Counted from the first letter of the stretch, positions 1 through 10,178 are shown. The stretch: DNA of 64,000 nucleotides from an uncultured bacterium (GCA_903908715.1 CAIVSY010000041.1:11314-75313), one strand, 5' to 3'. The notes: generated by a model from the letters alone, not told the origin. Numbers and translations are program-made.

Positions 1-2
1 CC

Positions 3-476
3 GGCAACATGGCCTTCCGTCGTTCGCTCTACGACGCGATCGGGCCGCTGGATGAATCCCTCCTCTGGCTCGAGGATTTCGACTTCAACCTGCGTGTACG
101 CAAGGCCGGGTACCGGATCCGGTTCACCCCCCGCGCAGGCGTCCATATCCGAGGACGGGAATCCTTCCGCGCCATCCTGCGGAAATTCTACCGGTGGGGC
201 CTGAACATCCGCAGCGTCTATGTTCCCGGCCGGCGGGAGCAGTTCTGGCTGTTTCCCGACCATCCCCGCCTGTTCCCGCTCAACGGACCCTTGCGCGCCG
301 TGAATGAGACGTGGGTCACGGTCAAACGCTGGTTTCCCGTTTGCCCCGTGAAGATCCTTCTCCTCGTTCCCGCAATCCTGATCTTTCGTTCCGCCTGGGC
401 CTGGGGCATGATGAGCGGCGCGTCCGCTCCGGGAACGGGCCACCCTTCTCCTGCGGAAAGGCATGGTGCATCATGA
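3..476 (+). CDS. Glycosyltransferase family 2, C-terminal part (5' truncated by window edge)
   Basis: GNMAFRR...LDE...EDFDFNLR motif typical of GT2; stop overlaps the next ATG (ATGA). Confidence 0.8.
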   Translation, partial: GNMAFRRSLYDAIGPLDESLLWLEDFDFNLRVRKAGYRIRFTPRAGVHIRGRESFRAILRKFYRWGLNIRSVYVPGRREQFWLFPDHPRLFPLNGPLRAVNETWVTVKRWFPVCPVKILLLVPAILIFRSAWAWGMMSGASAPGTGHPSPAERHGAS

Positions 477-2254
477 TATCCCTCGCGGCGGAAAAAACCA
501 CACTCCGGGGAATCGGCCTGCTTCTGGGCCGCCGGGGCCTCCTCCTGTTCCTCGTCAGCGCCTGCGCGTCGATCCTGCTCTCCGTCATCGAATATGCCAT
601 TGCCCTGTTCCTGGTCCTCTTCCTCTTCGCGCTCGGCATCACCTCCGCCGCGAAACTTCCCTCATGGCTTCCCTTCCGGCCGGACACGATCCCCGTGATC
701 TGGATCTGGTCCGGGATGCTGGGCATCGCCTTCCTGCAATGCCTTGCCACCATCGCCTCGTTCCAGTCCAAGATCCTGCTGATGGGAACGGTGGGGACCC
801 GCCTGCAAATGCTTCTGGCCTACCGCATGCTGCGCAAGGAATCGAATCATCCGATGCCTTTCAGCGAGGTGGATTTCCTCCTGTCCGAGTGCTTTGCCAA
901 GGCCGCGGGCTTCGTTTTCTATTTCACGCAGACCCTTTCCTTCCTCATCCAGGTCCTGCTGATGACGGCCGGGATGATCTTCCTCGCGTGGGGCGAGGCC
1001 TTGACCGGCCTGGCCGGGCTGTGCCTCATGGCGCTGGTGGTCCTGCGTTTCAACCGCAAGGCGCAGCAGCTTTCGCGCAAGGTTCCGGAAGCCGGCGCCA
1101 GCCTGCATCGCATCAAGACCCGCGTCCTGCGGAACTGGATGCTGATCAAGGTCCTGCGCATCCAGGACCGTGAATACCGGGGATTCCTCGATGCCAGCTT
1201 CCAGGGGTTCCGCCACAACTCGCTGGCCTATCTCTTCGCGAATATGAGTCTCGCGGTCCTGCCGGTGGCCGGCGTACTGGTCCTGGCTGCGATGGTCGCA
1301 GCCAATACCCTGGTCTTTCACACGCCGACGGCCGCGTTCGTGGCCTTCCTGTACCTTTTCATCCGTATGCAGCAGCGGCTTGCGAATGGCGCGAACATGA
1401 TGGGCGATCTTTTCACCGCCCGGCACCAGTTCAACGCCTGCCTGGCCATGATGGATGAGCTGACCGAAACCGAACGCTCCCAGGCGTTCGAGCCGTCCTC
1501 GATGTTCCGCATCCGCCACAGGCAGCTGCCGTGGCCCCAGCCGCCTCCGGCCAGCCGTTCCGCCTCACCGGAACAGGCCCCCGCCGCACCCGCGCTGGTT
1601 GTGCGGGATGTCGCATTCCAATGGCCCAAGAGGGACACGCCGGTCTTCGAGAATCTTTCCTTCACGATTCCCGCGGGGACCCAGTTCGGCATCGTCGGCC
1701 CCAACGGCTGCGGGAAAAGCACACTGCTGGGCTGTCTGCTGGGCATCTACCAGCCCACCAGAGGCACCATCCGCATCCAGGACCGGGAGGCAACCGCGTA
1801 CTTCGCGCAACATGCCGGCCGCATGGCCTATGTCGGCCCTGAGCCCTACCTCATCCAGGGCTCCATCCGCGAGAATCTGCTGTACGGGCTCTCTTCGGAT
1901 CGCGGGGCGGCCGAACTCTGGCAGGCCCTTGCCGCCGTCCGCCTCGACGATTTCGTGCGGGGCCTGCCGGGGGAACTCGACTACCCCATTGCCGAGAACG
2001 GCGAGGGGCTTTCCTCCGGCCAGAAACAGCGCCTGACCATTGCCCGCGCCTTCCTCCGTGAGCCCACTCTCCTCGTGATGGATGAGCCGGCCACGAATGT
2101 GGATGAATCCAGCGAAGCCGCCATCCGGGAAGCCCTGCGGAACCTGAAAGGATATTGCACCGCAATCGTCATATCCCACAAACCGGAATTCCTGCGGGAT
2201 GTGGACCATGTCATGGAAATGAAACCCCCGAAGTCCGCCGCCCATTCCTCATGA
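473..2254 (+). CDS. ABC exporter, fused permease/ATP-binding protein
   Basis: N-terminal TM helices; Walker A GPNGCGKS, signature LSSGQKQR, Walker B LLVMDE; ATG at 473 coupled to upstream stop. Confidence 0.9.
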   Translation: MISLAAEKTTLRGIGLLLGRRGLLLFLVSACASILLSVIEYAIALFLVLFLFALGITSAAKLPSWLPFRPDTIPVIWIWSGMLGIAFLQCLATIASFQSKILLMGTVGTRLQMLLAYRMLRKESNHPMPFSEVDFLLSECFAKAAGFVFYFTQTLSFLIQVLLMTAGMIFLAWGEALTGLAGLCLMALVVLRFNRKAQQLSRKVPEAGASLHRIKTRVLRNWMLIKVLRIQDREYRGFLDASFQGFRHNSLAYLFANMSLAVLPVAGVLVLAAMVAANTLVFHTPTAAFVAFLYLFIRMQQRLANGANMMGDLFTARHQFNACLAMMDELTETERSQAFEPSSMFRIRHRQLPWPQPPPASRSASPEQAPAAPALVVRDVAFQWPKRDTPVFENLSFTIPAGTQFGIVGPNGCGKSTLLGCLLGIYQPTRGTIRIQDREATAYFAQHAGRMAYVGPEPYLIQGSIRENLLYGLSSDRGAAELWQALAAVRLDDFVRGLPGELDYPIAENGEGLSSGQKQRLTIARAFLREPTLLVMDEPATNVDESSEAAIREALRNLKGYCTAIVISHKPEFLRDVDHVMEMKPPKSAAHSS

Positions 2255-3423
2255 CCGCTGCCACCCTCCATCCATCCAGGCCGATCACCGGTATCCGTTA
2301 TGTCTCCCTCTGGGAGGCCAGCGGTTATTCCGAAGTGGCCAGGCGGCAGATCCTCGGACTCCATCGGGCCGGCGTGCCCGTGAACTGGACTCCCATGCGG
2401 CGCGGCTCGCTCCAGCACGGCCGGTACGCCCCGGTACCATCCGCCCTCGTGAAGGATCCGGATCTGGAACCGGTGTGCAATGCGCCGGTCGATTACAACT
2501 GGACCCTTGTACATACCGTCCCGGAATACTTCCCCGCATGGGTCCTCGAACCCGGCCGCGGGCATACCGGCGGGATCACCGTCTGGGAAACCGACCGCCT
2601 GCCCCACACCTGGCCCTCCCTCCTGAACCGGATGGACCGGATCTTTGTCCCCTGCCGTTTCAATCGCGACCTGTTTGCCCGCGACGGCGTCCGTAAACCG
2701 ATCCATCTTCTGCCCTACATCCCGCGTTCGGAACCGCTCCCGCCCCGCCGCGACCTCCCCGGCGTACCCGCCTCCCACTTTGTCTTCTACACGATCAACA
2801 CCTGGACCGCCCGCAAGGCGATCTGGCTGACTCTGCAGGCCTACCTGAAGACCTTCACAGCCCGCGATCCCGTTACCCTCGTCATCAAGACCACCGGAAA
2901 CGATCTGACCCGGCCTCGCCTTGTGGAAGGCTGGTATCATTCCACACGGCAGGCCGTACGGAAGCTTCTGCGCCAATACCCTGATCCCGCCGCCGTGGTC
3001 CTGATCGACCGCGAGGTGCCGGCCGCGGACATCCTGGCCCTGCACGCACGCGGGGACTGCTATTTTTCTCTGACCCGTTCCGAGGGATGGGGCATGGGCG
3101 CCTTCGACGCCGCCTCGTGGGGAATCCCTGTGATCATCACAGGTTTCGGCGGCCAGCTGGATTTCCTCCAGCCAGACGCCCCCGGCCTGGTCCGCCACAC
3201 CCTTGTGCCCGTGGATGACCCCATGGGCTATCCGTCCTTTGCGCCCGACCAGAACTGGGCCGAGCCATCGCTCGACCATGCGTCGCAACTCCTGCGGGCG
3301 ATCCTTGAGGATCCGGAGCGGGCCCGGGCCAGCGCCACCCCGATCCGGGAGTTTATCCGCGAGAACTTCAACGAGAAGCAAGTGACCGGGACCCTGATCC
3401 GCAATCTGGAAGGCCGCCCATGA
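2251..3423 (+). CDS. Glycosyltransferase family 4 (GT-B)
   Basis: SGY N-terminal motif, TVWETDR, RSEGWG...AASWGIPVI (EGxG motif); ATGA coupling. Confidence 0.85.
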   Translation: MTAATLHPSRPITGIRYVSLWEASGYSEVARRQILGLHRAGVPVNWTPMRRGSLQHGRYAPVPSALVKDPDLEPVCNAPVDYNWTLVHTVPEYFPAWVLEPGRGHTGGITVWETDRLPHTWPSLLNRMDRIFVPCRFNRDLFARDGVRKPIHLLPYIPRSEPLPPRRDLPGVPASHFVFYTINTWTARKAIWLTLQAYLKTFTARDPVTLVIKTTGNDLTRPRLVEGWYHSTRQAVRKLLRQYPDPAAVVLIDREVPAADILALHARGDCYFSLTRSEGWGMGAFDAASWGIPVIITGFGGQLDFLQPDAPGLVRHTLVPVDDPMGYPSFAPDQNWAEPSLDHASQLLRAILEDPERARASATPIREFIRENFNEKQVTGTLIRNLEGRP

Positions 3424-4352
3424 ATACCCCGATCCCCAGACAATTCCACTTCGTCTACGGCCTTCGCCCGCAGGACCGGCCCTTCCCCCTGATGCATTAC
3501 CTCTGCCTGGAATCCTGCGCAAGGATCAACCGGCCGGACCGCATCTTCCTGCACTGTCATCACGAACCCTATGGCGTCTACTGGGACCTGATCCGCCCCC
3601 GGCTGCATATCCGGCGTGTTCCGCTCAACGCCTTTGTCAGCGGCTACCAGTACAAGGATCCCTCCCTCGCACGGTACCGGTATGCCCACCAGTCGGACTT
3701 CATCCGCATGGAGGCCCTGCTGGAACATGGCGGGATCTATGCCGATATCGACACCCTGTTCGTACATCCCCTGCCCGAGCGCCTGTTTGCCCACCCTTGC
3801 GTGCTCGGCCGCGAAGGCGATGTCACCGATGCTCCCGGCACGCCGCCCCGGCCCTCGTTGTGCAATGCCTTCATCATGGCTGTCCCGCAGTCCGCCTTCC
3901 TTCGTCAGTGGTACGAGGAACTGGGTACGGCTTTTGACGGCTCATGGAGCCAGCATTCCACCGCGCTCCCCTGGACACTCAGCCGCCGATACCCCGATTG
4001 GGTCCATGTCGAACCCATGCGCAGTTTCTACAAGTACCAGTGGACCCGGGAGGACCTGCATCGCCTGCTGGAAGCGGCCGAAGATCAGGAGCCCGATGTG
4101 TTCAGCATCCATCTCTGGGCCCATTTGTGGGAATCCCGCGGGCGGCGTGACTATTCCCGTTTCCATTCCGCCCTGATCACGGAGCGAAGAGTCCGGACGG
4201 TGGATTCAACCTACAACCGGATTGCCCGCCGGGCTCTTCCCCCGCCCGCCCTCCTGCGTCCCTTGCGGTATGCCGCCTCCTGGTGGCTGGCCGCCCTGCG
4301 GATTGCCATCCGGAAGAAACTTCCCGCAACGGCAAAGAGAACTCCATCATGA
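3420..4352 (+). CDS. Glycosyltransferase family 32-like (DXD sugar-binding)
   Basis: IPRQFHF, SDFIR, GGIYADID motifs. Confidence 0.85.
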   Translation: MNTPIPRQFHFVYGLRPQDRPFPLMHYLCLESCARINRPDRIFLHCHHEPYGVYWDLIRPRLHIRRVPLNAFVSGYQYKDPSLARYRYAHQSDFIRMEALLEHGGIYADIDTLFVHPLPERLFAHPCVLGREGDVTDAPGTPPRPSLCNAFIMAVPQSAFLRQWYEELGTAFDGSWSQHSTALPWTLSRRYPDWVHVEPMRSFYKYQWTREDLHRLLEAAEDQEPDVFSIHLWAHLWESRGRRDYSRFHSALITERRVRTVDSTYNRIARRALPPPALLRPLRYAASWWLAALRIAIRKKLPATAKRTPS

Positions 4353-5584
4353 AGCCGCGCCTGCTGTTCCTGTCGCCCGTCACACCCGCCCCGTCCGGCA
4401 ATGGCCGGGCCATGCGGGCCAACCGGATGCTGACCGCTCTGGCCAGCCGTTTCGAGGTCTCGCTGCTGATCCTGGAGTCACGCCTGACAACCGCACCCGA
4501 CTTCACAACCCTGCGCGAACGGACTGGAGAGATTGTCTTCCTTCCGCCGGAAACAGGGTCGACACCGGTCCAGCGCTTCCGCCGTGCGGTCCTGCGCCGG
4601 ATCCCCTCGCTCTACAGTCTCCTTTTCGGACAACTCCCCGAATGGGCGCCGATTACCCCGCTGCGCCTGGCCCTGGCGGCCGATGCCTTTCCGGGCAAAT
4701 CGTTTGATGCCCTCCACGTATTCCGGTTGCACCTTGCGCCCTATGCCCAGACATGGCTCGACCGACGCGGACGGCCCGCACAGGTCAACCTCGACCTCGA
4801 TGACATCGAATCCGTGACCCGCCGGAGGATCGCCGAGCTGTACCGCATGAATCACCAGCCCTTGCGTGCGCTGGCGAAGAGACGGGAGGCGGAACAACTG
4901 CGGGATCTCGAGAGGCGTTGGCTCCACCGATTCGACCGGGTCTGGGTCTGCTCCGAAACCGACGCCGCACTCCTGCGAAAGACGATCCCCGGCATCCGCA
5001 CCGCCGTCGCGCCCAATGTGGTTTCCATTCCGCCGTCCCGCCCCCCTGCGCCTGTCGCCACTTCTCCCTTCCGCTTCCTTTTCGTCGGAACCCTGGGTTA
5101 CTACCCGAACCAGGACGGTATCCTCTGGCTCGCGCGCGAGGTTCTGCCGCGCCTTCGCCAACAGGCCGATCGTCCCTTCCTTGTCGTTGTCGCCGGAGCC
5201 GGCCTGCCCGGATGGGCGGCCCGCCAACTCCGGCAGGAACCGGAAATCGAGTTCTGCGGTTTTGTCCCGGACCTTTCCGGCCTGTATGCGCAAGCCCATG
5301 CGGTGCTGGTCCCCCTGCGAGCCGGGGGCGGATCCCGCATCAAGATCCTCGAAGCCTTCGCGCAGGGCGTCCCTGTGCTTTCCACCTCCATGGGCGCCGA
5401 GGGGCTGGATGTCCGGGCCGGCGTCGATCTGCTGCTTGCCGATGACGCGGGTGATTTTGCCGGCCACGCCCTGGAACTGATGCGCGATACCCCGCTGCGC
5501 GCCACGCTTTCCGGCAATGCCTTTCAACGGGTGGCCTCCACCTACAGCCCCGCCGCTCTGGCCCGGCTGATCCATGGACCCTGA
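4349..5584 (+). CDS. Glycosyltransferase family 4 protein
   Basis: LFVGTLGYYPN, PLRAGGGSRIKILEAFAQGVP motifs. Confidence 0.9.
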   Translation: MKPRLLFLSPVTPAPSGNGRAMRANRMLTALASRFEVSLLILESRLTTAPDFTTLRERTGEIVFLPPETGSTPVQRFRRAVLRRIPSLYSLLFGQLPEWAPITPLRLALAADAFPGKSFDALHVFRLHLAPYAQTWLDRRGRPAQVNLDLDDIESVTRRRIAELYRMNHQPLRALAKRREAEQLRDLERRWLHRFDRVWVCSETDAALLRKTIPGIRTAVAPNVVSIPPSRPPAPVATSPFRFLFVGTLGYYPNQDGILWLAREVLPRLRQQADRPFLVVVAGAGLPGWAARQLRQEPEIEFCGFVPDLSGLYAQAHAVLVPLRAGGGSRIKILEAFAQGVPVLSTSMGAEGLDVRAGVDLLLADDAGDFAGHALELMRDTPLRATLSGNAFQRVASTYSPAALARLIHGP

Positions 5585-5593
5585 TGCCCGGAG

Positions 5594-6595
5594 ATGACAA
5601 CGGATGAAGAACCTGCCACAGAGGCTTCCCCGATGAACGCGGGGCGCATTTTCCGGCGATGGCGACTCCGCCTTCGCAATCGTCGTAGCACGGGCGGGGA
5701 TCCCCGGGGCCGCGTCCGGATCGTCTTCGCCAACGGTTGCTTCGACCAGCCGCTGAGTCTGGAGCAACAGCCGGTCACGCCCGGCGTCCGACTGAGCGGG
5801 AATCCGCGGGAAGCCGCAACGGCCGATGCCGTCGTCTTTCATATCCCCAACCTGCGGACTCCGATGCCGGCCAAGACACCCGGCCAGCTCTGGGTGGCCT
5901 GGTCCATGGAATGCGAGGCCCACTATCCGCTTCTGGCCGATCCGGACTTCATGAGCCAGTTCGACCTGACCATGACCTACCGCCGCGATTCCGATATTCC
6001 CCTGTCGTACATCGCCGGAGACTACGACGGGATCCTCGAACTTCTGCGTCGTCCGGCGCCGCCGAAACACCCGGGCCATGTGGCCGCCTCGATTGTATCC
6101 GGACGCTTTGATGCCTGCGGCCGCAGGCAATACCTGACCCGGTTGTCGGCCCGGATGCCGGTCCACACGTACGGGAGGCAGGGCACCCATCGCATGCCTT
6201 CACCGGACCGGGGACAACTGACCAAGCGCGAAGTGCTGGCCTACTACAAGTTCAACTGCGCTTTCGAGAATGCCATCGCCACGGACTACGTGACCGAAAA
6301 GTTTTATGACCCCCTGTATGCGGGCTGTGTACCGGTCTACCGCGGCGCTCCCAACGTGGAGGCCTTTGTCCCCGGCGATTCTTGCTGCATCGATACCTCG
6401 CGATTCCACTCCGCCGATGATCTCGCCGGATACCTGATGGAACTCGACCGCGATGAGGCGGCCTATCGTCGTTTCCTGGACTGGAAAACCCGTCCCTTGC
6501 GGCCTGCATTCCTTGAATACCTGGAATTCAGTACCCGCGGGCCGCGGCCCATCGAACGACTGGCACGCGCCGTACAAGCCCGTCGCATCACCTGA
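5594..6595 (+). CDS. Glycosyltransferase family 10 (alpha-1,3/4-fucosyltransferase-like)
   Basis: ADAVVFH, TMTYRRDSDI, YKFNCAFENAIATDYVTEKF (alpha-1,3-FucT motif); start uncertain. Confidence 0.85.
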   Translation: MTTDEEPATEASPMNAGRIFRRWRLRLRNRRSTGGDPRGRVRIVFANGCFDQPLSLEQQPVTPGVRLSGNPREAATADAVVFHIPNLRTPMPAKTPGQLWVAWSMECEAHYPLLADPDFMSQFDLTMTYRRDSDIPLSYIAGDYDGILELLRRPAPPKHPGHVAASIVSGRFDACGRRQYLTRLSARMPVHTYGRQGTHRMPSPDRGQLTKREVLAYYKFNCAFENAIATDYVTEKFYDPLYAGCVPVYRGAPNVEAFVPGDSCCIDTSRFHSADDLAGYLMELDRDEAAYRRFLDWKTRPLRPAFLEYLEFSTRGPRPIERLARAVQARRIT

Positions 6596-6604
6596 ATCTT
6601 CCAC

Positions 6605-6997
6605 TCAAAGGCTCACGGTCGACAGATTCAACAATTTGTTGCTTGTGCAAAGGTCAAGAACATCCACCAGCTGCTCGTGTGTGGAATCCGGGGCGCATTT
6701 GACCAGGACCGTTTGCGTGGCACTGGCCTTGGCAATCCTCTGAACCAATAATTGTAGCGTGGAAAAGGGAACAGCCCTGTCATTCAAGGTAAAACCATCC
6801 GTATAGATGCCAATTTGCAGCACAGGGACCGCATTCGTCACGGGCCCTTCAGGAGCCGATGGCCGGTTGACCGTCAGTTGCGCCAGTATATCCTCCGGCT
6901 TCAGGGTGATGAGGAAGAAGATCAGCAACTGGAACACACAGTCAATCATAGGGGTCATGTCCAATTGCGGCTCGCTATTCCGGCTTCTGGCAGGCAT
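6605..6997 (-). CDS. exbD: ExbD/TolR biopolymer transporter
   Basis: DMTPMIDCVFQLLIFF TM motif; AAGGAGG RBS upstream. Confidence 0.85.
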   Translation of the reverse strand: MPARSRNSEPQLDMTPMIDCVFQLLIFFLITLKPEDILAQLTVNRPSAPEGPVTNAVPVLQIGIYTDGFTLNDRAVPFSTLQLLVQRIAKASATQTVLVKCAPDSTHEQLVDVLDLCTSNKLLNLSTVSL

Positions 6998-7128
6998 ATG
7001 GCCTCCTTTCGGCGGTTACCGGGAACTCACCTCCCGCACACCACCTCTTTAAAGCCTATTACCGGCTGACGCCGAAATATTACAGCCACTTCGGGCTAAC
7101 ACCCTTCCTGGCGTTTCAGCCTGCGCAC

Positions 7129-7266
7129 CTACCCTTTTTTCCGGTCCTGTTGCTCGCAACAGGTCTTCTCGCCGCTCCCGTGATGATACTTGCGGCAGGC
7201 TTCACAGTCACCATGGCGCGGGCAACCCGGCCACGTGCAGGGACATTCCTTCTTCTGATTCTCCAT
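7129..7266 (-). CDS. Small Cys/His-rich protein (45 aa)
   Basis: MENQKKECPCTWPGCPRHGDCEACRKYHH...TCC; conserved-looking CxC-x4-C-RHG-C-xx-C pattern. Confidence 0.6.
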   Translation of the reverse strand: MENQKKECPCTWPGCPRHGDCEACRKYHHGSGEKTCCEQQDRKKG

Positions 7267-7312
7267 CACACACCTGCCCTTTCCTTCTCGTTGCGTACGG
7301 CAACCGCGCCCT

Positions 7313-8053
7313 TCAATAGGTATCCGGCTGTCCGAGCCGCTTTTCCAGCGCATCCCCGTGCTGAGCGAGAGAGACAAGCGACTTTGCCAGCGCGTCCGGC
7401 TGGAGCGTCGCCCTGCAATGCGTGGCCACCAGGGCAAAACAGAGGGTATCCTCCACCAGGGCCAGCGCAACCGCGCCGTAGGCAAGGGACATATTAAGCT
7501 TGAGCACGGACTCGTAGTGTTCCGGCTTCGCCGCGCCGCAGGGCGTGGTCAGCTGAACCATGAAATGGCCGTCGGCATCCCGCGCGGAAAAGTCCACCCG
7601 GATACTCTGCGTCCGCCGGCCCGGCAGGTTGAGCGTTACCACAAACTCCTGCCCATCCTCTGAAACCGTTGCCGGAAGATCGAGAACCGCACGGCGCACA
7701 AGATCATGGTTCGAACCGGCAGCCGTACCAGCCCCGGCTTTCGCCTGTAAAAGCCATTCCCGCCATGCCATTCCCCTGCTGCCGAAATCCTGTCCCGTCA
7801 ACATTTTGAGCGCACTGACGACATCCGCCACATTCCGGCCCTGGTCAAGCTGGTCCAGCAAGGGAAGGATCGCCGCTTCGCCGCCGATTTCGGAAAGCAC
7901 CTTGATGGCCGCCCAGCGGACGCCTTCATCCCTGTCCTGCAGGAGCGGCACCACTACGGGGACCGCCTCTTTCCCCTGTTCGACCAGTTGATCCATGGTG
8001 GCCGCACGAGACGCGATGCGGTAAAGGCCCTGTCTTGCCAGTGAGGTTTCCAT
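7313..8053 (-). CDS. HEAT-repeat protein with C-terminal YbjN/type III chaperone-like domain
   Basis: LLQDRDEGVRWAAIKVLSEIG HEAT repeat; C-terminal LPGRRTQ...LKLNMSLAYGAVAL; start chosen at METSL. Confidence 0.6.
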   Translation of the reverse strand: METSLARQGLYRIASRAATMDQLVEQGKEAVPVVVPLLQDRDEGVRWAAIKVLSEIGGEAAILPLLDQLDQGRNVADVVSALKMLTGQDFGSRGMAWREWLLQAKAGAGTAAGSNHDLVRRAVLDLPATVSEDGQEFVVTLNLPGRRTQSIRVDFSARDADGHFMVQLTTPCGAAKPEHYESVLKLNMSLAYGAVALALVEDTLCFALVATHCRATLQPDALAKSLVSLAQHGDALEKRLGQPDTY

Positions 8054-8148
8054 GCGCCGAAGATAGGGTTCCCCGCACCGGTAATCAACACCATTGTGAC
8101 CCGTTGACAGGCGGGAACAACCTGCCGCATGCCGATGCGACATTTCCC

Positions 8149-9225
8149 TCACAGGAGCCCGGGATTCATCCTCCATATCTCCAACGCCAGCGCCGCGGCA
8201 AAGGCCAGCCATGCAAGGTACGGAAGGAGCAGCCACGCGGCAGACGGCCGAACCCGCCTGAACCGGCGGATCGTTTCCAGCACCAGTCCGACCAGGAGCA
8301 GGATTTCCAGGAAGGCCAGCCCGCCCAGTCGCCACGCGAAGAACAGCCAGCTCCACAGGGCATTCGCCGCCAACTGTACCGCGTACACCATCAGGGCGCC
8401 GCGCGCCGCGCGCAATCCGCCCGTCTTCCAGACCCGCCACGCGGCCACCGCCATCATTGTATAGAGCAGGCTCCAGACAGGCCCGAAAACCCATCCCGGC
8501 GGCGCCCATGGCGGACGCGCCAATTCCGCGTAAAAGGCGCCCGCCCGCGCCGTGGCGGCCCCGCCAACCGCCGCCGCCAGACAGGTGACCAGCAGGCACA
8601 CCAGCAGACCCAGGGCGGCGCGCCATCCCCGCCGGTCCGTGCCGGCGCCTTCCGCCGCACCGGGATACAGGTTCCACGCGGACATCTCGGCAAGCGATTT
8701 CCTGGACCGTTCCCGCACCGCCTGTTGTTCCCCGGAATAGCCCAGCGTAATGATCAGGACCGGCCGAGCCGCCGCGGGAATCGCCAGGATCTCGCGCACA
8801 CGCTGCGCATCGAACCATCCCAGCATGCAAGTCCCCAAACCTTCCTCCGCGGCCTGCAGGCAGAAATGCTCGGCGGCAATGGCGCAATCCATCATCGGGA
8901 ACGGCAGGTCCTGGAGCGCCGCGCCCACCCGCGCCGATGTACGGGCCGGCTCCGCCACCACAACAACCAGTACCGGCGCCTGCCGCGTGAAGTGATTCAG
9001 GGGTAATACCCCGCCGCTCGTCGCGGCCGCCACCTTTTCCTTGCGCACCGGGTCATCCACCACAATGAATGTCCACGGCTGGGAATTGCAGGCCGATGGC
9101 GCCTGGCGTGCCGCTTCCAGGCACCGCTCAACCTGTGCCCGCTCCACAGGTCGCGCCTCGTAACAGCGAACGCTGTGCCGCAACGCCACAAGATCCAGAA
9201 ACCGCTCCGTCCTTCCCTCTTTCAT
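8149..9225 (-). CDS. Nitroreductase fused to TspO/MBR membrane domain
   Basis: RHSVRCY, APSACNSQPW, GLGTC (nitroreductase), then RPPWAPPGWVFGPVW, WSWLFF, LLPYLAW (TspO) in one frame. Confidence 0.85.
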   Translation of the reverse strand: MKEGRTERFLDLVALRHSVRCYEARPVERAQVERCLEAARQAPSACNSQPWTFIVVDDPVRKEKVAAATSGGVLPLNHFTRQAPVLVVVVAEPARTSARVGAALQDLPFPMMDCAIAAEHFCLQAAEEGLGTCMLGWFDAQRVREILAIPAAARPVLIITLGYSGEQQAVRERSRKSLAEMSAWNLYPGAAEGAGTDRRGWRAALGLLVCLLVTCLAAAVGGAATARAGAFYAELARPPWAPPGWVFGPVWSLLYTMMAVAAWRVWKTGGLRAARGALMVYAVQLAANALWSWLFFAWRLGGLAFLEILLLVGLVLETIRRFRRVRPSAAWLLLPYLAWLAFAAALALEIWRMNPGLL

Positions 9226-9260
9226 CCGTGTCCTCGCTTCCGTCCCTGCTCCGCGGTCTC

Positions 9261-10178
9261 TTACTCCCGCGGGGCTTCCCTGCCTCTCCTCGCGTTGGCG
9301 TGCCAGCGGAAAAGGTCCGTATCGGGAATATATCCGAACAACGGGCGGACAACCTTTCGATAGGTCTCCTCGTCCATCTGCGCCAATGCTTCGGGCGTCA
9401 GCTGACCGGCCGCATTGTCAAGCCACGGCGCCGGCTCACGTTCCTCCCATCGTCCGTGGTTCAGCGGGCACGCCAGCTGGCAGGCATCGCAACCATAGAT
9501 CCACGGACCCATGCGCTCCCATAATTCCGGAGCCACGGGCCAGGGCGCGCCATAAGAGAGGTAGGCCACGCAATGATCCATCCGGACACCGCCGGGCTCA
9601 AAGAGGGCGCCTGTCGGGCAAGCCCTCTCGCAGGCGCGGCAGTCCGGAGGACACGGGGTCTGCGGCGCGGGCTGGTCGGGTTCCAGTTCCGCATCCACTT
9701 TCCACGCCTCGATGTTGATCCAGGACCCGCAGTCGGGATGGACCGCAAACCCGTTCCGCGCGAGACCGGCCACACCGGCGCGGACGGCCGCCGCGCGTAA
9801 CGGGACTCCGCCGGTCCGGACGCGCAATCCCAGCGCCTGCAGACCCGCTTTCATTTTCTTCGGCATGGCGGCATCCGGACAGGCTTCGATCCTCCGATCA
9901 CACAGGTAATTCCTTCCGATATGCCGCGCAAGACCGGCGGGCAGGCGATACCGTCCATAGCGGCGAACCACCACGACAATGGATCTCGCCCAGGGTGTGC
10001 CGGTTTTCGGATCGGCACGCGGTTCCATATCGCGATACAGATCAGCGGCTTCCGGGAACCGCGCCTGCAGGCGGCGAAGGGCGGCCCGATATTCCTCAAA
10101 CGGGCCAGTACCCGTGATTCCGCAGGCCACATATCCTGTTTCTGAAGCCAACTGCCGAATGGCATCCTTCATACTCAT
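9261..10178 (-). CDS. Epoxyqueuosine reductase QueG-like 4Fe-4S protein
   Basis: CPPDCRACERACPTGAL and GCDACQLACP Fe-S motifs; AAVRAG. Confidence 0.75.
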   Translation of the reverse strand: MSMKDAIRQLASETGYVACGITGTGPFEEYRAALRRLQARFPEAADLYRDMEPRADPKTGTPWARSIVVVVRRYGRYRLPAGLARHIGRNYLCDRRIEACPDAAMPKKMKAGLQALGLRVRTGGVPLRAAAVRAGVAGLARNGFAVHPDCGSWINIEAWKVDAELEPDQPAPQTPCPPDCRACERACPTGALFEPGGVRMDHCVAYLSYGAPWPVAPELWERMGPWIYGCDACQLACPLNHGRWEEREPAPWLDNAAGQLTPEALAQMDEETYRKVVRPLFGYIPDTDLFRWHANARRGREAPRE

